NCBI RefSeq assembly: GCF_013791765.1
Contig: NZ_VMTC01000112.1
Length of the DNA stretch: 64,000 bases
From: Rhodoferax sp.
GTDB taxonomy: Bacteria; Pseudomonadota; Gammaproteobacteria; Burkholderiales; Burkholderiaceae_C
Reading direction: 5' to 3' (one strand)
The notes under the pieces are model-generated. The model worked only from the letters and a program-made list of their open reading frames with translations, was not told the DNA's origin and did not search any database. Position numbers and translations under genes: made by a program. This document shows positions 37,339 through 49,829 of this stretch, one piece after another. Within the stretch, counting starts at the first letter, position 1. Each line of letters opens with the position of its first letter.

Positions 37339-40300
37339 ATGCAACTGGCTGAAACCTCCATCCGGCGCCCGGTCTTTGCCACCGTGCTGTCGCTGCTGAT
37401 TGTGCTGATTGGCGCGGTCTCATTCAACAGCCTGACGGTGCGCGAGTACCCCAAGATTGACGAACCCGTGGTGTCGGTCACCACCACCTTTGCCGGTGCG
37501 TCCAGTGAGGTCATGGAGGCCCAGGTCAGCAAGGTACTGGAAGACTCGCTCTCGGGCATTGAAGGGGTGGATGTGATCACCTCCGCCAGCCGGCAGGAAC
37601 GCAGCCAGATCAGCGTGCGCTTTGCCCTGAGCCGCGATGCCGATGCCGCAGCCGCCGATGTGCGCGACAAGGTCACCCGGGTGCGCCAGCGCCTGCCGCA
37701 AGGCATTGACGAGCCGGTGATTGCCAAGGTGGAGGCCGAGTCGTTTCCGGTGATTTTTCTGGCGCTCAGTTCAGACACGCACAACGCCCTGCAACTCTCC
37801 GAGATGGCCAACACGCTGGTTAAACCGGTGTTGCAGACCGCGCCGGGTGCCGCCGAAGTCAATATCTATGGCGAGCGCAAATTTTCCATGCGCATTTGGG
37901 TCGATCCCGACAAACTCGCTGCTTACAAACTCACCGTGCAAGACCTGGAAGACGCGCTGCGCCGTGCCAACCTGGAAGTGCCCGCCGGACGCATTGAGAG
38001 CGCGCAACGCGAATTCGATGTAACCGCCGCCACCGACCTGCAGCGCCCGCAGGAATTCGCTCAGGTGGTGATTCGCAGTGTCAACGGCCAGCCCATCCGC
38101 ATTGGCGACGTGGCCCGGGTGCAGGAGGCGCCGGTCGATGAGCGCTCCTTTGTGCGCTTGAACGGCCGCGACGCCGTGGGCGTGGGCGTGGTGCGCCAGA
38201 GCACCGCCAACCCGCTGGACCTGTCCAAGGGTGTGCGCGCCTTGCTCGACAAGTTGCGCCGTGATTTGCCGCCGGGTGTGCAGATTGAAGTGGCCAACGA
38301 CAACTCGGTGTTCATTGACCAGTCCATCAAAGCCGTCTTCATTACCATTGTGGAAGCCGCCGTGCTGGTGGCCTTGGTGATCTTTGTGTTTTTGCGCACG
38401 CTGCGTGCCTCGCTGATTCCGCTCATCACCATCCCGGTGTCGCTGATTGGCACCTTTGCCATGATGGCGCTGGCCGGTTTCAGCATCAACACCCTGACAC
38501 TGCTGGCGCTGGTGCTGGCCATTGGCCTGGTGGTGGACGACGCCATCGTTATGCTGGAGAACATCTACCGCCACATTGAAGAAGGTTTGCCGCCGTTTCA
38601 AGCCGCCATTAAGGGTGCGCGCGAGGTCGGTTTTGCCATTGTGGCCATGACCATGACGCTGGTGGCGGTGTACGCGCCGCTGGCGTTTTCACCTGGGCGC
38701 ACCGGGCGCCTGTTCACCGAATTTGCCCTGGCGCTGGCGGGTGCCGTGGTCATCTCAGGTGTTGTGGCGCTCACCTTGTCACCCATGTTGTCGTCACTGC
38801 TGCTCCGGCACAACCCCAAACCCAGCTGGTTTGACACCCACATGGACGCGCTGCTGAACCGGGTTACCGGCGCGTACAGCCGCTGGTTAGTTTGGTCGCT
38901 TGGCAAACGTTACCTGGTGCTGGTGGTGATGCTGGCCAGCGGCGTCGTGTCATGGTGGGTGCTGGGCGACATCAAGCGTGAACTGGCCCCGCTGGAAGAC
39001 CGTGGTGTGGTGTTGGCCCGGGTCAATGCGCCCGACGGCGCCACGCTGGCTTACACCGACCGTTATGTGCGCAGCGTCGAGCGCATTGCCGAAGACTACC
39101 CCGAATTTGACCGCATCTTTGCCACTGTGGGCAACCCGACTGTGTCGCAGGCGAACGTTTTTTTCAGGGCCAAGCCGTGGGAGGAACGCAGCCGCACCAC
39201 GCTGGAGATGGCGCGCACCATGTCACCCAAATTTGCTGCGGTGCCGGGCGTGAGCGCGGCGCCCATCACGCCGCCGTCGCTGGGGCAGGGGTTTCGCAGT
39301 CAGCCGATTGAATTCGTCATCATCACATCAGACAGTTACCAGGAACTTGCCAAAACCGTGCGCTCGTTTCAGGATGAGTTGGCCAAAAACCCTGGCTTTG
39401 TGCAGGTGGACACCGATTTGCGTCTGAACAAGCCCGAAATCAAGCTGGAAGTGGACCGCGAGCGTGCCGCCGACATGGGCGTCAACGTCGACGTGATAGC
39501 GCGCGCCATCGAGACCCTGCTGGGCGGGCGCAAGGTCACGCGCTACAAGCGCGGCGGCGAGCAATACGACGTGATCGTGCAAACCACCGCAAGCGGGCGC
39601 GACACCCCCGACGACATTGAAAAAATTTTCGTGCGCGGCAAGGCCGCCGAGTTGGTGCCTCTGTCGGCCCTGGTGAAAATCCGTGAAGTGGTGGTGCCGC
39701 GTGAGCTGATTCACTTTGGCCAGCGCCGCTCGGCCACCATCACCTCCAACCTGTCGACCGACTACTCGGTGGGCGAAGCGCTTGCTTTCATGGACGCCAC
39801 CGCCAAGAAAGTGCTCAAGCCCGGTTACGCCACCGACTTGAACGGCATCAGCCGCGAATTCAAGAAGTCGTCGGACTCGCTCTCGCTGGTGTTTGCGCTG
39901 GCGCTGTTGTTCATCTTTTTGGTGCTGGCGGCCCAGTTCGAGAGCTTTGTCGACCCCTTTGTGATCTTGTTCAGCGTACCGCTCTCCATGGCGGGGGCGC
40001 TGCTGGCGCTCAAATGGTCGGGTGGCACGCTCAATGTGTTCAGCCAGATCGGACTCATCACGCTGGTAGGCCTGATCACCAAGCACGGCATTTTGATTGT
40101 CGAGTTTGCCAACCAGTTACGCGAGCAGGGCATGGACACCGTGGCCGCCATCCAGCAATCAGCCGTGCAGCGCCTGCGCCCGATCATGATGACCACCGGC
40201 GCCATGGTGCTGGGCGCGGTGCCGCTGGCCCTTGCAACAGGCGCTGGCGCCGAGAGCCGCCAGCAAATTGGCTGGGTGATTGTGGGCGGCATGAGCCTGG

Positions 40301-40455
40301 GGACACTGCTCACCGTGTTTGTGGTGCCGACCATGTACACGCTGCTTGCGCGCAAACAGGCGCCAGGACCACGCAAGGACGCGGCGCTGGGGCCGCCAGC
40401 GCATGCTGCGCCGGTTGCGGGGTTGCCCGTCAGGCCAGGGCCAGACCCGATCTGA
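37339..40455 (+). CDS. RND family efflux transporter permease (AcrB/MdtB-like), 1038 aa
   Basis: MQLAETSIRRPVFATVLSLLIVLIGAVSF is a typical AcrB N-terminus. Twelve-TM architecture with two large periplasmic loops. Follows the adaptor gene by 18 nt. Confidence 0.92.
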   Translation: MQLAETSIRRPVFATVLSLLIVLIGAVSFNSLTVREYPKIDEPVVSVTTTFAGASSEVMEAQVSKVLEDSLSGIEGVDVITSASRQERSQISVRFALSRDADAAAADVRDKVTRVRQRLPQGIDEPVIAKVEAESFPVIFLALSSDTHNALQLSEMANTLVKPVLQTAPGAAEVNIYGERKFSMRIWVDPDKLAAYKLTVQDLEDALRRANLEVPAGRIESAQREFDVTAATDLQRPQEFAQVVIRSVNGQPIRIGDVARVQEAPVDERSFVRLNGRDAVGVGVVRQSTANPLDLSKGVRALLDKLRRDLPPGVQIEVANDNSVFIDQSIKAVFITIVEAAVLVALVIFVFLRTLRASLIPLITIPVSLIGTFAMMALAGFSINTLTLLALVLAIGLVVDDAIVMLENIYRHIEEGLPPFQAAIKGAREVGFAIVAMTMTLVAVYAPLAFSPGRTGRLFTEFALALAGAVVISGVVALTLSPMLSSLLLRHNPKPSWFDTHMDALLNRVTGAYSRWLVWSLGKRYLVLVVMLASGVVSWWVLGDIKRELAPLEDRGVVLARVNAPDGATLAYTDRYVRSVERIAEDYPEFDRIFATVGNPTVSQANVFFRAKPWEERSRTTLEMARTMSPKFAAVPGVSAAPITPPSLGQGFRSQPIEFVIITSDSYQELAKTVRSFQDELAKNPGFVQVDTDLRLNKPEIKLEVDRERAADMGVNVDVIARAIETLLGGRKVTRYKRGGEQYDVIVQTTASGRDTPDDIEKIFVRGKAAELVPLSALVKIREVVVPRELIHFGQRRSATITSNLSTDYSVGEALAFMDATAKKVLKPGYATDLNGISREFKKSSDSLSLVFALALLFIFLVLAAQFESFVDPFVILFSVPLSMAGALLALKWSGGTLNVFSQIGLITLVGLITKHGILIVEFANQLREQGMDTVAAIQQSAVQRLRPIMMTTGAMVLGAVPLALATGAGAESRQQIGWVIVGGMSLGTLLTVFVVPTMYTLLARKQAPGPRKDAALGPPAHAAPVAGLPVRPGPDPI

Positions 40456-40461
40456 AGCTGA

Positions 40462-41820
40462 TCAGATCACGCCTTCAAACAACATCACACTGACTTCATC
40501 GCCAAGGCTCACATCACCCTGGCTGTGGGGCAGCACGATCAGACCATTGGCGCGCACCATGGAACTGAGCACGCCCGAGCCCTGGTTGCCGGTGGTCTTG
40601 ACGCGCAGCATGCCATCGGCATCGATGCTGACCACGCCGCGCTGGTACTCGGTGCGCCCTGGCTTCTTGCGAATGGCTTCACTGCTGCGCGCCTTGAGCA
40701 AAGGCGGCGCTGAGGCTGTGCTGCCCATCATGCGTAGCAGCGCCGGGCGCACAAAGGCCAGAAAAGTCACCATCACCGCCACCGGGTTGCCCGGCAGACC
40801 AAACAATATGGCTGCTTCTGACGCCCTTGACAACGCATAATTAGTATCATTTTGATAGCTATTAGCGCTTGTTTCATAAGGGCTAGAGGCTGATTTATCT
40901 CTAAAAATACGGCCAACCGCCATGGGTCGACCCGGGCGCATGGCGATCTTCCAGAAAGCGACGTCGCCGAGTTTCTTCATCATGGCTTTGGTGTAGTCGG
41001 CCTCGCCCACGCTCACGCCACCGCTGGTGATGATGGCGTCGCTCACCGAGGCAGCGTGGGTAAAGGCGGCTTCCAGGAGCGCTGGTTCATCGCGCACCAC
41101 GCCCATGTCAATGACCTTGCAGCCCAGTCGCGTCAACAGGCCAAACACGGTGTAACGGTTGCTGTCATAGACGGCACCTTCGCGCGGCGCTTCACCCAGG
41201 CTCAGAATCTCGTCGCCGGTGGAAAAATAGGCAACCCGCAGGCGGCGCCAAACTTGGAGAGTTTCAATGCCCAAACTGGCCATTAACCCAAGCGCGGCGG
41301 GCGTTAGTAGCTCTCCTTTTTGAAGTGCCGGCTGGCCTTGGAGCAGGTCTTCACCCAGTTGCCGGCGGTTGTCGCCAGGCTGCACCGTGGCGGGCGCCAG
41401 GGTGATGAACGCGGTGTCGGCCCCCTGTTTGACCAACTCCTGCGGCACCACGGTGTCGAGCCCCTGCGGCATCACGGCGCCGGTCATGATCTTGACACAT
41501 TCACCGCGCTGCACCTGGCCCGTCCATATCTTGCCAGCCAGCGCTGTTCCGACCACTTTGAGGGTCAAGGGGGCTTGCGCAGTCAACTGGGCGCCATCAA
41601 ACGCAAAGCCGTCCATGGCTGAATTGTCGTGCGGCGGCACGCTGATGGGCGAGATAACATCTACCGCCAGCACGCGCCCCAGCGCCTGGAAAATGCCCAC
41701 TTCTTCCTGCTGTGTCACGGGCTCCACCAGACGCGCCAAAAAGGCGCTACCGGTATCCACGCTCAAGGCTTGCGCGTCGTAGCCCACCAACTCTGCGGCG
41801 ATGCTGTCTATGGATTTCAT
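40462..41820 (-). CDS. moeA: Molybdopterin molybdenumtransferase MoeA, 452 aa, carrying an about 30-aa in-frame insertion derived from a dispersed repeat
   Basis: MoeA pattern throughout (...[12 protein letters not shown]...[11 protein letters not shown]...), interrupted by the AT-rich-encoded [30 protein letters not shown]. Overlaps the mobA stop (ATGA). Confidence 0.9.
   Translation of the reverse strand: MKSIDSIAAELVGYDAQALSVDTGSAFLARLVEPVTQQEEVGIFQALGRVLAVDVISPISVPPHDNSAMDGFAFDGAQLTAQAPLTLKVVGTALAGKIWTGQVQRGECVKIMTGAVMPQGLDTVVPQELVKQGADTAFITLAPATVQPGDNRRQLGEDLLQGQPALQKGELLTPAALGLMASLGIETLQVWRRLRVAYFSTGDEILSLGEAPREGAVYDSNRYTVFGLLTRLGCKVIDMGVVRDEPALLEAAFTHAASVSDAIITSGGVSVGEADYTKAMMKKLGDVAFWKIAMRPGRPMAVGRIFRDKSASSPYETSANSYQNDTNYALSRASEAAILFGLPGNPVAVMVTFLAFVRPALLRMMGSTASAPPLLKARSSEAIRKKPGRTEYQRGVVSIDADGMLRVKTTGNQGSGVLSSMVRANGLIVLPHSQGDVSLGDEVSVMLFEGVI
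40832..40912 (-). repeat. Copy 3 of the dispersed AT-rich element, located inside the moeA reading frame
   Basis: On the minus strand: TTTTTAGAGATAAATCA-GCCTCTAGCCC (40890-40880), an exact 18-nt spacer, TAGCTAT (40861-40855), and an AT-rich tail. A local AT-rich island within a GC-rich gene. Confidence 0.8.
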
Positions 41821-42452
41821 GCGGGGCTGTTTTCCAGTTGCTGCAAGTCCGCCAGCGTGTTGGCGTTGAAGAAGGCGCGCGGGTCGTCATGGGGCAGATC
41901 AAATGGCACCAGCGCTGTTTTGTGCAAGGCCGTCCAAGCGTCAATCTTGCGCCCGCCAGCCTGGGTGAAGCTGAGCAGACTCTCCAACAGTTCAATGCGC
42001 AGCAAGCAAAACACCGGCTGGGCGCGCAGGCGCACGTGGCCGTCTTTGCCAGGTTCGGGGGCGGCGGCCATGGCAATGTCTGCGCCTTCGGCTTGCAGCG
42101 CTGCGGCCAGGCGGGGCACCAAATCGAGGGGGAATAAGGGCGTGTCGCAGGGCACGGTCATTAGAAAAGGCGTTTTACAGCGCTCAAGACCGCTCAAGAA
42201 CCCTGCCAGCGGTCCGGCATAGTCGGCCATGCCGTCGGGCCAGACAGGCACGCCAAAGGACTCATAAGCCGCCAGATTGCGGTTGGCGTTGATGATGATC
42301 TGAGCGACGCCGGCGCCCATCTGCAGGCGCATCAAGGTGTGCAGCGCCAGCGGCATGCCGTTGAAGCTTTGAAGTCCCTTGTCCACGCCGCCCATGCGCG
42401 AGCCCCGCCCGCCCGCCAGAATCAGGCCGCTAATGTCTTGTGCAGCAATCAA
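41817..42452 (-). CDS. mobA: Molybdenum cofactor guanylyltransferase MobA, 211 aa
   Basis: [20 protein letters not shown]-terminal nucleotide-binding motif, and moa/moe operon context. Confidence 0.9.
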   Translation of the reverse strand: MIAAQDISGLILAGGRGSRMGGVDKGLQSFNGMPLALHTLMRLQMGAGVAQIIINANRNLAAYESFGVPVWPDGMADYAGPLAGFLSGLERCKTPFLMTVPCDTPLFPLDLVPRLAAALQAEGADIAMAAAPEPGKDGHVRLRAQPVFCLLRIELLESLLSFTQAGGRKIDAWTALHKTALVPFDLPHDDPRAFFNANTLADLQQLENSPA

Positions 42453-42453
42453 A

Positions 42454-43614
42454 TCAACCTCCGATGTAGCTCATTTCAACGCGCCGGCCACCAAAGCCCG
42501 TGTCAGGTGCCAGGGCGCTGCGCAACTCGGAATAGCGGTCGCTTCGGCCCTGCCAGATGTGGCCAATGGCAGAGCTCAGGTCGGCGTCGGATGCGTCCCC
42601 TCGGATAAGCGAGCGCAGGTCGTAGCCCTTCGAGGCAAACAGGCACAGGAACAGCTTGCCTTCAGTGGACAGACGGGCGCGGTTGCAGCTGCCACAAAAG
42701 GCCTGCGTCACGCTGCTGATGACGCCGATTTCACCCAGTGCCTTGTCGTGCTGGCCGCAGGCGTCAGCATAACCCCAGCGCGCCGCGGTTTCGCCCGGGT
42801 TGCTGGGCTCAAGCTGCACCAGGGGCAGCTCGGCGTGGATGAGCTTGACCACCTCGCTGGACGGCAACACTTCGTTCATGCGCCAGCCGTTGGTGGCGCC
42901 CACGTCCATGTACTCGATAAAGCGCAACACGATGCCCGAACCCCTGAAGTGGCGCGCCATCGGGAGAATTTCATGCTCGTTGGTGCCGCGCTTGACCACC
43001 ATGTTGATCTTGATCGGCCCCAGCCCTGCGGCTTGCGCGGCCTCAATTCCGGCCAGCACGTCGGCCACCGGAAAATCAACATCGTTCATGCTGCGAAACA
43101 CCGTGTCATCAAGCCCATCGAGGCTGACGGTGACGCGTTGCAGACCGGCGGCCTTGAGCTCGCGCGCCTTGCGGGCCAGCAGTGATCCGTTGGTCGTGAG
43201 TGTGATGTCAAGCGCTTGGCCTTGCGGTGTGCGCAGCGCAGCCAGCTGCTCGACCAGCAGTTCAACATTTTTGCGCAGCAGCGGCTCGCCTCCGGTGAGG
43301 CGAATTTTTTGCACGCCATGCGCCACAAAGACTTTCGCAACCCGGGTAATTTCCTCAAACGACAACAACGCCTGGTGCGGCAGGTAGGCATAGTCTTTGT
43401 CAAAAATGGCTTTGGGCATGCAGTAATTGCAACGAAAATTGCAGCGGTCGGTGACGCTGATGCGCAGATCGCGCAAGGGGCGCCCGAGCGTGTCCGTCAG
43501 TTGGCCGGTGCCGCTGATGCGTGACTCTGGCAAATGGTCAGTCACTGGCATTGGCAATGCGCTCAATCGCAAATCAATCAGCGGCACAATGCGGGGCAGG
43601 TCACGGTCGTTCAT
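42454..43614 (-). CDS. moaA: GTP 3',8-cyclase MoaA (radical SAM), 386 aa
   Basis: [18 protein letters not shown] radical-SAM cluster motif and a C-terminal CxxCxxxxC...GG tail. ATG 43614 is preferred over track start 43713. Confidence 0.92.
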   Translation of the reverse strand: MNDRDLPRIVPLIDLRLSALPMPVTDHLPESRISGTGQLTDTLGRPLRDLRISVTDRCNFRCNYCMPKAIFDKDYAYLPHQALLSFEEITRVAKVFVAHGVQKIRLTGGEPLLRKNVELLVEQLAALRTPQGQALDITLTTNGSLLARKARELKAAGLQRVTVSLDGLDDTVFRSMNDVDFPVADVLAGIEAAQAAGLGPIKINMVVKRGTNEHEILPMARHFRGSGIVLRFIEYMDVGATNGWRMNEVLPSSEVVKLIHAELPLVQLEPSNPGETAARWGYADACGQHDKALGEIGVISSVTQAFCGSCNRARLSTEGKLFLCLFASKGYDLRSLIRGDASDADLSSAIGHIWQGRSDRYSELRSALAPDTGFGGRRVEMSYIGG

Positions 43615-43719
43615 GGGGATATTGGTACATAGTGAGCGTTGATTCTGGCACGATTTCGCGGCCGCGACGTGGTCGATAATTATGGTCTTAAGCAAGCTAA
43701 ACCCCAGAGGCATTCATTG

Positions 43720-44550
43720 ATGACACTCACCGAACTGCTCGCTTCCAAGGCGGCGCTGCCCAGCATTCCGAAGGTCATCGCCTTGCTGCTCAACGAGTTG
43801 GACCGCGAAGAGCCCGAGCTCGTCAAAATCAGCCAGCTCATCAATACCGACCCGGTGCTGGCCACGCGCTTGCTGCAACTGGCCAATTCGGCGCAGTTTC
43901 AGCTGTCAACCCAGATCAGCAGCGTGTCTGAAGCGCTGGCCCTCATGGGGCTCAATCAGGTCAAGACGCTTGCCACGGCCGCCGCAATCGCTGGGGCGTT
44001 CAGCGCGATCCCGGGCATGGATATGCGCCAGTTCTGGCGCTACAGCCTCAATACCGCGAAACTGGCACGCGCACTGGGCGGCATGGTGCAGCAAAACCAG
44101 CCCGCTGCGTTTACCGCCGGCCTGATTCACGCCACCGGTGAGTTGGTGCTGTACCTGGGAATGCCCGATGCCATGGTCCTGCTGGACCAGCAAGTGCCGG
44201 CCCTCGGTTTGAAGCGCGCTGGCGCCGAACGCAAATTGCTTGGCTTTTGCTATGCCGATGTGGGCGCTGGTTTTGCCCGCAGCTGGCAGTTTCCCCAGCC
44301 TATCGTTGATGCACTGGAGCACCAACACGCCCCGTTTGAAAACAATGTTTACGAACCGCTGGCAGGCGTTCTGCACTTGGCCGCATGGCGCGCGCGCGCC
44401 TGGGAAGCCAACTACGATGAGCAGGACTTGATTGACAACTTTCCCGATATTGTTGCGCTGGCGCTGGGTATTGACATCGACATGGCCTTGCAGCAGGATC
44501 CGATTGACTGGACAACCAAAGCCGAGGTGGCGGTCCTGGCAAAGACCTGA
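43720..44550 (+). CDS. HDOD-domain signalling protein, 276 aa
   Basis: LPSIPKVIALLLNELDREEPELVKISQLINTDPVLATRLLQLANSAQF is the characteristic HDOD N-terminal pattern. ATG 43720. Confidence 0.75.
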   Translation: MTLTELLASKAALPSIPKVIALLLNELDREEPELVKISQLINTDPVLATRLLQLANSAQFQLSTQISSVSEALALMGLNQVKTLATAAAIAGAFSAIPGMDMRQFWRYSLNTAKLARALGGMVQQNQPAAFTAGLIHATGELVLYLGMPDAMVLLDQQVPALGLKRAGAERKLLGFCYADVGAGFARSWQFPQPIVDALEHQHAPFENNVYEPLAGVLHLAAWRARAWEANYDEQDLIDNFPDIVALALGIDIDMALQQDPIDWTTKAEVAVLAKT

Positions 44551-44581
44551 GCGGCGCATCCAAGCTTCGGCGCGCGCCTGA

Positions 44582-45145
44582 CTACAGTGGCGTCATCTGG
44601 GTGGGTGCAAAATTGGACAGCTCAGTGCTTGCGAGCGGTGGCGACGGCTCAATCGGTACGGTCTTGGGTACGCGTCGGGTGTGGCGTCGGTCCAGCACTG
44701 AAACAGGGGCCTGCTCCACTTGCGGCATGGCGCTTTGACGCCACGACTTGGGATCGGGCATAAAAGGAAACGGACAACCACAGTCGGGCGACAAGCGCCA
44801 CGAAAAGATGTATCTGGAATGGTCAATCGACGGGTCAAAGCGATCCAGGCCCAGGCGTAACTGCTGTTGCAGTGCGGATGCATAACGCAAGAGTTGCTCG
44901 TTCCATTTCATCATCACCAATTGAATATGCAGTTCTTCCTCGCCAGGGGCGCGCGCGACAATGATGACCTCGCAGGCGAGCAAGCCGAAGGGCACACCGT
45001 GCAGCCGCAGCGTGTCTTTCAGTACGACCCGGATCAGTTCGCGTCGAACGTCGTTGTGCTGGTTACTGCTGTCGGGCAAGACCGAGATCGTTGCAGGCGT
45101 TGCGCTTTCGTCTTTGCGGGGTTTGCTTTTTAGAAATTCAAACAT
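44582..45145 (-). CDS. Hypothetical protein, about 187 aa
   Basis: Track ORF 44582..45157. No motif recognised. Confidence 0.5.
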   Translation of the reverse strand: MFEFLKSKPRKDESATPATISVLPDSSNQHNDVRRELIRVVLKDTLRLHGVPFGLLACEVIIVARAPGEEELHIQLVMMKWNEQLLRYASALQQQLRLGLDRFDPSIDHSRYIFSWRLSPDCGCPFPFMPDPKSWRQSAMPQVEQAPVSVLDRRHTRRVPKTVPIEPSPPLASTELSNFAPTQMTPL

Positions 45146-45230
45146 ATCCTGCCTCAATATTGCTGACTAATTCGAGGCAAAGCTTAGCCTATTTTGCGCA
45201 AATATGCGCCCAAACCCGCTGGGCTTTCTT

Positions 45231-45806
45231 TTAGCGGTCTATGACCATGGCCGGTCCAACGTCCTGCAAGGGCCCTAGGGGGTTGGTCTGGACCTCGATG
45301 TCGCTAACACGAGGTTGTCCGCCCCAAGCGCGGTAGACCACCACGTCATTAATCAGCAAGATCAAGGCGTTGAAGCGCCAGCCGGTGGTCTCTGAGCGAC
45401 GTGAAAAATTGGTGAAGTCGGCCCAAAAATTGCCGGTTCGTTCTTTTTTGATTCGTGCCGCGGTGATCTCCCAGCCGCGACAGGCATCGCGCGCCTCCAG
45501 GCAAGCCAGTACCCCCGGATCGAGATCCTCGCGCTTGAGCAGTGAGCTTGGGATAAAGCGCCGCACGACGTCGGCGTGCGTCAGGATGGCCGTATTGGGC
45601 TGTTGTACCGGCGTGATGCCGAGCCGCGTCAGGGCCGCGACATCACTGTGCATCGGCACCAGGCCCTCAATGGCCTGACGCGCCTCATCAAAGCTGCTGA
45701 ACGGTGATGACTCGCTGCGCGCGCGTGGCAGCATGGAGGAGCAGCCGACCAGCTGCAGCGCAAGTAGCAGCAGGCACGTGCCATAGATGAATTTGTATTG
45801 ATTCAA
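45231..45806 (-). CDS. Hypothetical lipoprotein, 191 aa
   Basis: Signal peptide with lipobox (LLLALQLVGCSS). No family recognised. Confidence 0.6.
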   Translation of the reverse strand: MNQYKFIYGTCLLLLALQLVGCSSMLPRARSESSPFSSFDEARQAIEGLVPMHSDVAALTRLGITPVQQPNTAILTHADVVRRFIPSSLLKREDLDPGVLACLEARDACRGWEITAARIKKERTGNFWADFTNFSRRSETTGWRFNALILLINDVVVYRAWGGQPRVSDIEVQTNPLGPLQDVGPAMVIDR

Positions 45807-45960
45807 AGTCGCCCCCTTTTACAGATCGTGTCTGATCATGCTAGCGCTTGAGCGCCGTCGCGACTTGACATTCATCATGGGGCAAGGCAAGGCATAGCGG
45901 GCGTCATGCGCTTGGAGTCATGGGCAGCAATGGTGCAAAGCCCCATCATGCGGCAACGAG

Positions 45961-46782
45961 CTATCTGGGCCTCATGACCAAATAGACCTCAGTGTGGCTT
46001 TGCAACCATTGATGGGACAAATCGCTCGCAAGCTGGCTAGGGTGGAAGCCGGGCCGCTTGTAGGCGCGCCAAGGTTGGTAGCTTTGTCGGATCATCCCGC
46101 GCTGGCCGAACAGAAATCCGGCAGCACTGCGCCAGGTGCGCCACTTCCATGGCGTGCCATCGCGGTGCAGGTTGCCCGCGGTCTGACGCAAAAGGTCGGA
46201 CAAAAACATGAAGGTGATTCGTTTGAACCACTTGATGCGCGACGCATCGGTGCCGCCGAGTGCGCGGTACAGGTCAAATGCGGTGGATTTATGCTCTGAC
46301 TCCTCGGCGCTGTGCCACAGCCACAGGGTTTTCAGGCGTTCCTCAGTGCCGTCGAACCACTGCGGGTTGCGCAGCATCCAGTCGGGAAATACGGCGGTGA
46401 AGTGTTCGGTGGCAGCGGTGATGGCCAGCCAGTGGCGCGGATGGAAGTCTTTCAGGAACTTCAGTCGCTCGCGCGCCCGTGGCTCCCAGGCGTTGACCAG
46501 TCCATGCTTTTCGATTTGCAGGTTGAACAGGCCATGAATCCGCCGATGGGTGGCTTCCTGACCGATGAATCCCTGGGCCTCAAGCAGGTACTTGGCCTGT
46601 TCTTCATCGGGCAGGGTCTTGAGCCCGCTGCGCACCGAGTCTATAAAAAACTGTTCCCCAACTGGGAAACTCATGGACAGGGCATTAAACAGCGCGGTGC
46701 GGAACGCATCGCCACCAAACCAGTGACGCGCCACGGGGGAATCAAGGTCAATCAGCAGGCGACGTACAGCAAGGTCAGTCAT
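45961..46782 (-). CDS. Predicted metal-dependent hydrolase family protein (COG3687-like), about 273 aa
   Basis: ARHWFGGDAFRTALFNALSMSFPVGEQFFIDSV...EATHRRIH...WHSAEESEHK resembles that family as I remember it. ATG 46782 is preferred. Confidence 0.55.
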   Translation of the reverse strand: MTDLAVRRLLIDLDSPVARHWFGGDAFRTALFNALSMSFPVGEQFFIDSVRSGLKTLPDEEQAKYLLEAQGFIGQEATHRRIHGLFNLQIEKHGLVNAWEPRARERLKFLKDFHPRHWLAITAATEHFTAVFPDWMLRNPQWFDGTEERLKTLWLWHSAEESEHKSTAFDLYRALGGTDASRIKWFKRITFMFLSDLLRQTAGNLHRDGTPWKWRTWRSAAGFLFGQRGMIRQSYQPWRAYKRPGFHPSQLASDLSHQWLQSHTEVYLVMRPR

Positions 46783-46834
46783 TGGCTTTCGGCTCCAAAA
46801 TTTTCTACAGTAGTGGGTAACTTTAAGGCAAACC

Positions 46835-46864
46835 AAAAAAAGCCCGCGCTAGCGGGCTTTTTTC
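46835..46864 (-). terminator. Rho-independent terminator after hppA (bidirectional shape)
   Basis: A6-AGCCCGC-GCTA-GCGGGCT-T6, 17 nt beyond the hppA stop. Confidence 0.8.
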
Positions 46865-46880
46865 TTGTTCCCAGCGGGTA

Positions 46881-48950
<2,070 letters not shown>

Positions 48951-49181
48951 ATAAATCTCCTGTGTGTTGCTTCGCTGAGTAGGGGTGCAACGCAATCGGC
49001 ACCACCGCTGCGTTGCTTCCTCGCTGCGAAACATCAACCAAGGATTGACGTCGACGATTGGCCAACGCGCGGACTGTACCGTGAAAAGTCCCTGTTTTGG
49101 GGCGAGGCAAGTCGGGCGTAAGTAAAATCAGGGTTAATCCTTAGGTTTTTGTGATTTAACTCAACCTGTAAAGAAGCCACC

Positions 49182-49718
49182 ATGTCTCTTGATAACGTTA
49201 CCCCCGGTAAAGACTGTCCCGAAGCTTTTAATGTCATCATTGAAATCCCGATGAACGCCGACCCCATTAAGTACGAAGTCGACCATGAAACCCATGCCAT
49301 TTTTGTGGATCGTTTCATGAGCACGGCCATGCATTACCCGACCAACTACGGCTATGTGCCCCAGACCATCAGCGGCGATGGCGACCCGGTCGACGTGCTG
49401 GTGATCACGCCGGTGCCGCTCATTCCTGGTGTGGTGGTGACCTGTCGCGCCATTGGTATTTTGAAGATGGAAGACGAGGCCGGCATGGACGGCAAGGTGC
49501 TGGCGGTGCCGATCGACAAGATTTTGTCGCTCTACACCCGTTGGAAGAAGCCTGAAGACTTAAGCCCGGTGCGCCTGAAGACCATTGCGCACTTTTTCGC
49601 GCACTACAAGGACCTGGAGGAGAACAAGTGGGTCAAGATATTGGGCTGGGAAGGGCCGGAATCTGCCAAGACTGAAATCATGGATGGCATTGCCAACTAC
49701 AAAAAGTCACTTTCCTGA
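49182..49718 (+). CDS. ppa: Soluble inorganic pyrophosphatase (family I), 178 aa
   Basis: NVIIEIPMNADPIKYEVD...YPTNYGYVPQT...DGDPVDVLV signature. Confidence 0.95.
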   Translation: MSLDNVTPGKDCPEAFNVIIEIPMNADPIKYEVDHETHAIFVDRFMSTAMHYPTNYGYVPQTISGDGDPVDVLVITPVPLIPGVVVTCRAIGILKMEDEAGMDGKVLAVPIDKILSLYTRWKKPEDLSPVRLKTIAHFFAHYKDLEENKWVKILGWEGPESAKTEIMDGIANYKKSLS

Positions 49719-49719
49719 A

Positions 49720-49792
49720 GTTTTTAGATCATTTTGGCCTCTAGCCCTCATACAACGGGCGTGAGTAGCTATTAAAAATAAAGCGACTTCTG
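49720..49792 (+). repeat. Copy 4 of the dispersed AT-rich element
   Basis: TTTTTAGATCATTTTG-GCCTCTAGCCC (49737-49747), an exact 18-nt spacer, TAGCTAT (49766-49772), then TAAAAATAAAG. Starts 2 nt after the ppa stop. Confidence 0.8.
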
Positions 49793-49829
49793 GTGGTCGC
49801 ACAGCGCCTGAGTTTCTTTGCGCGCAGCC

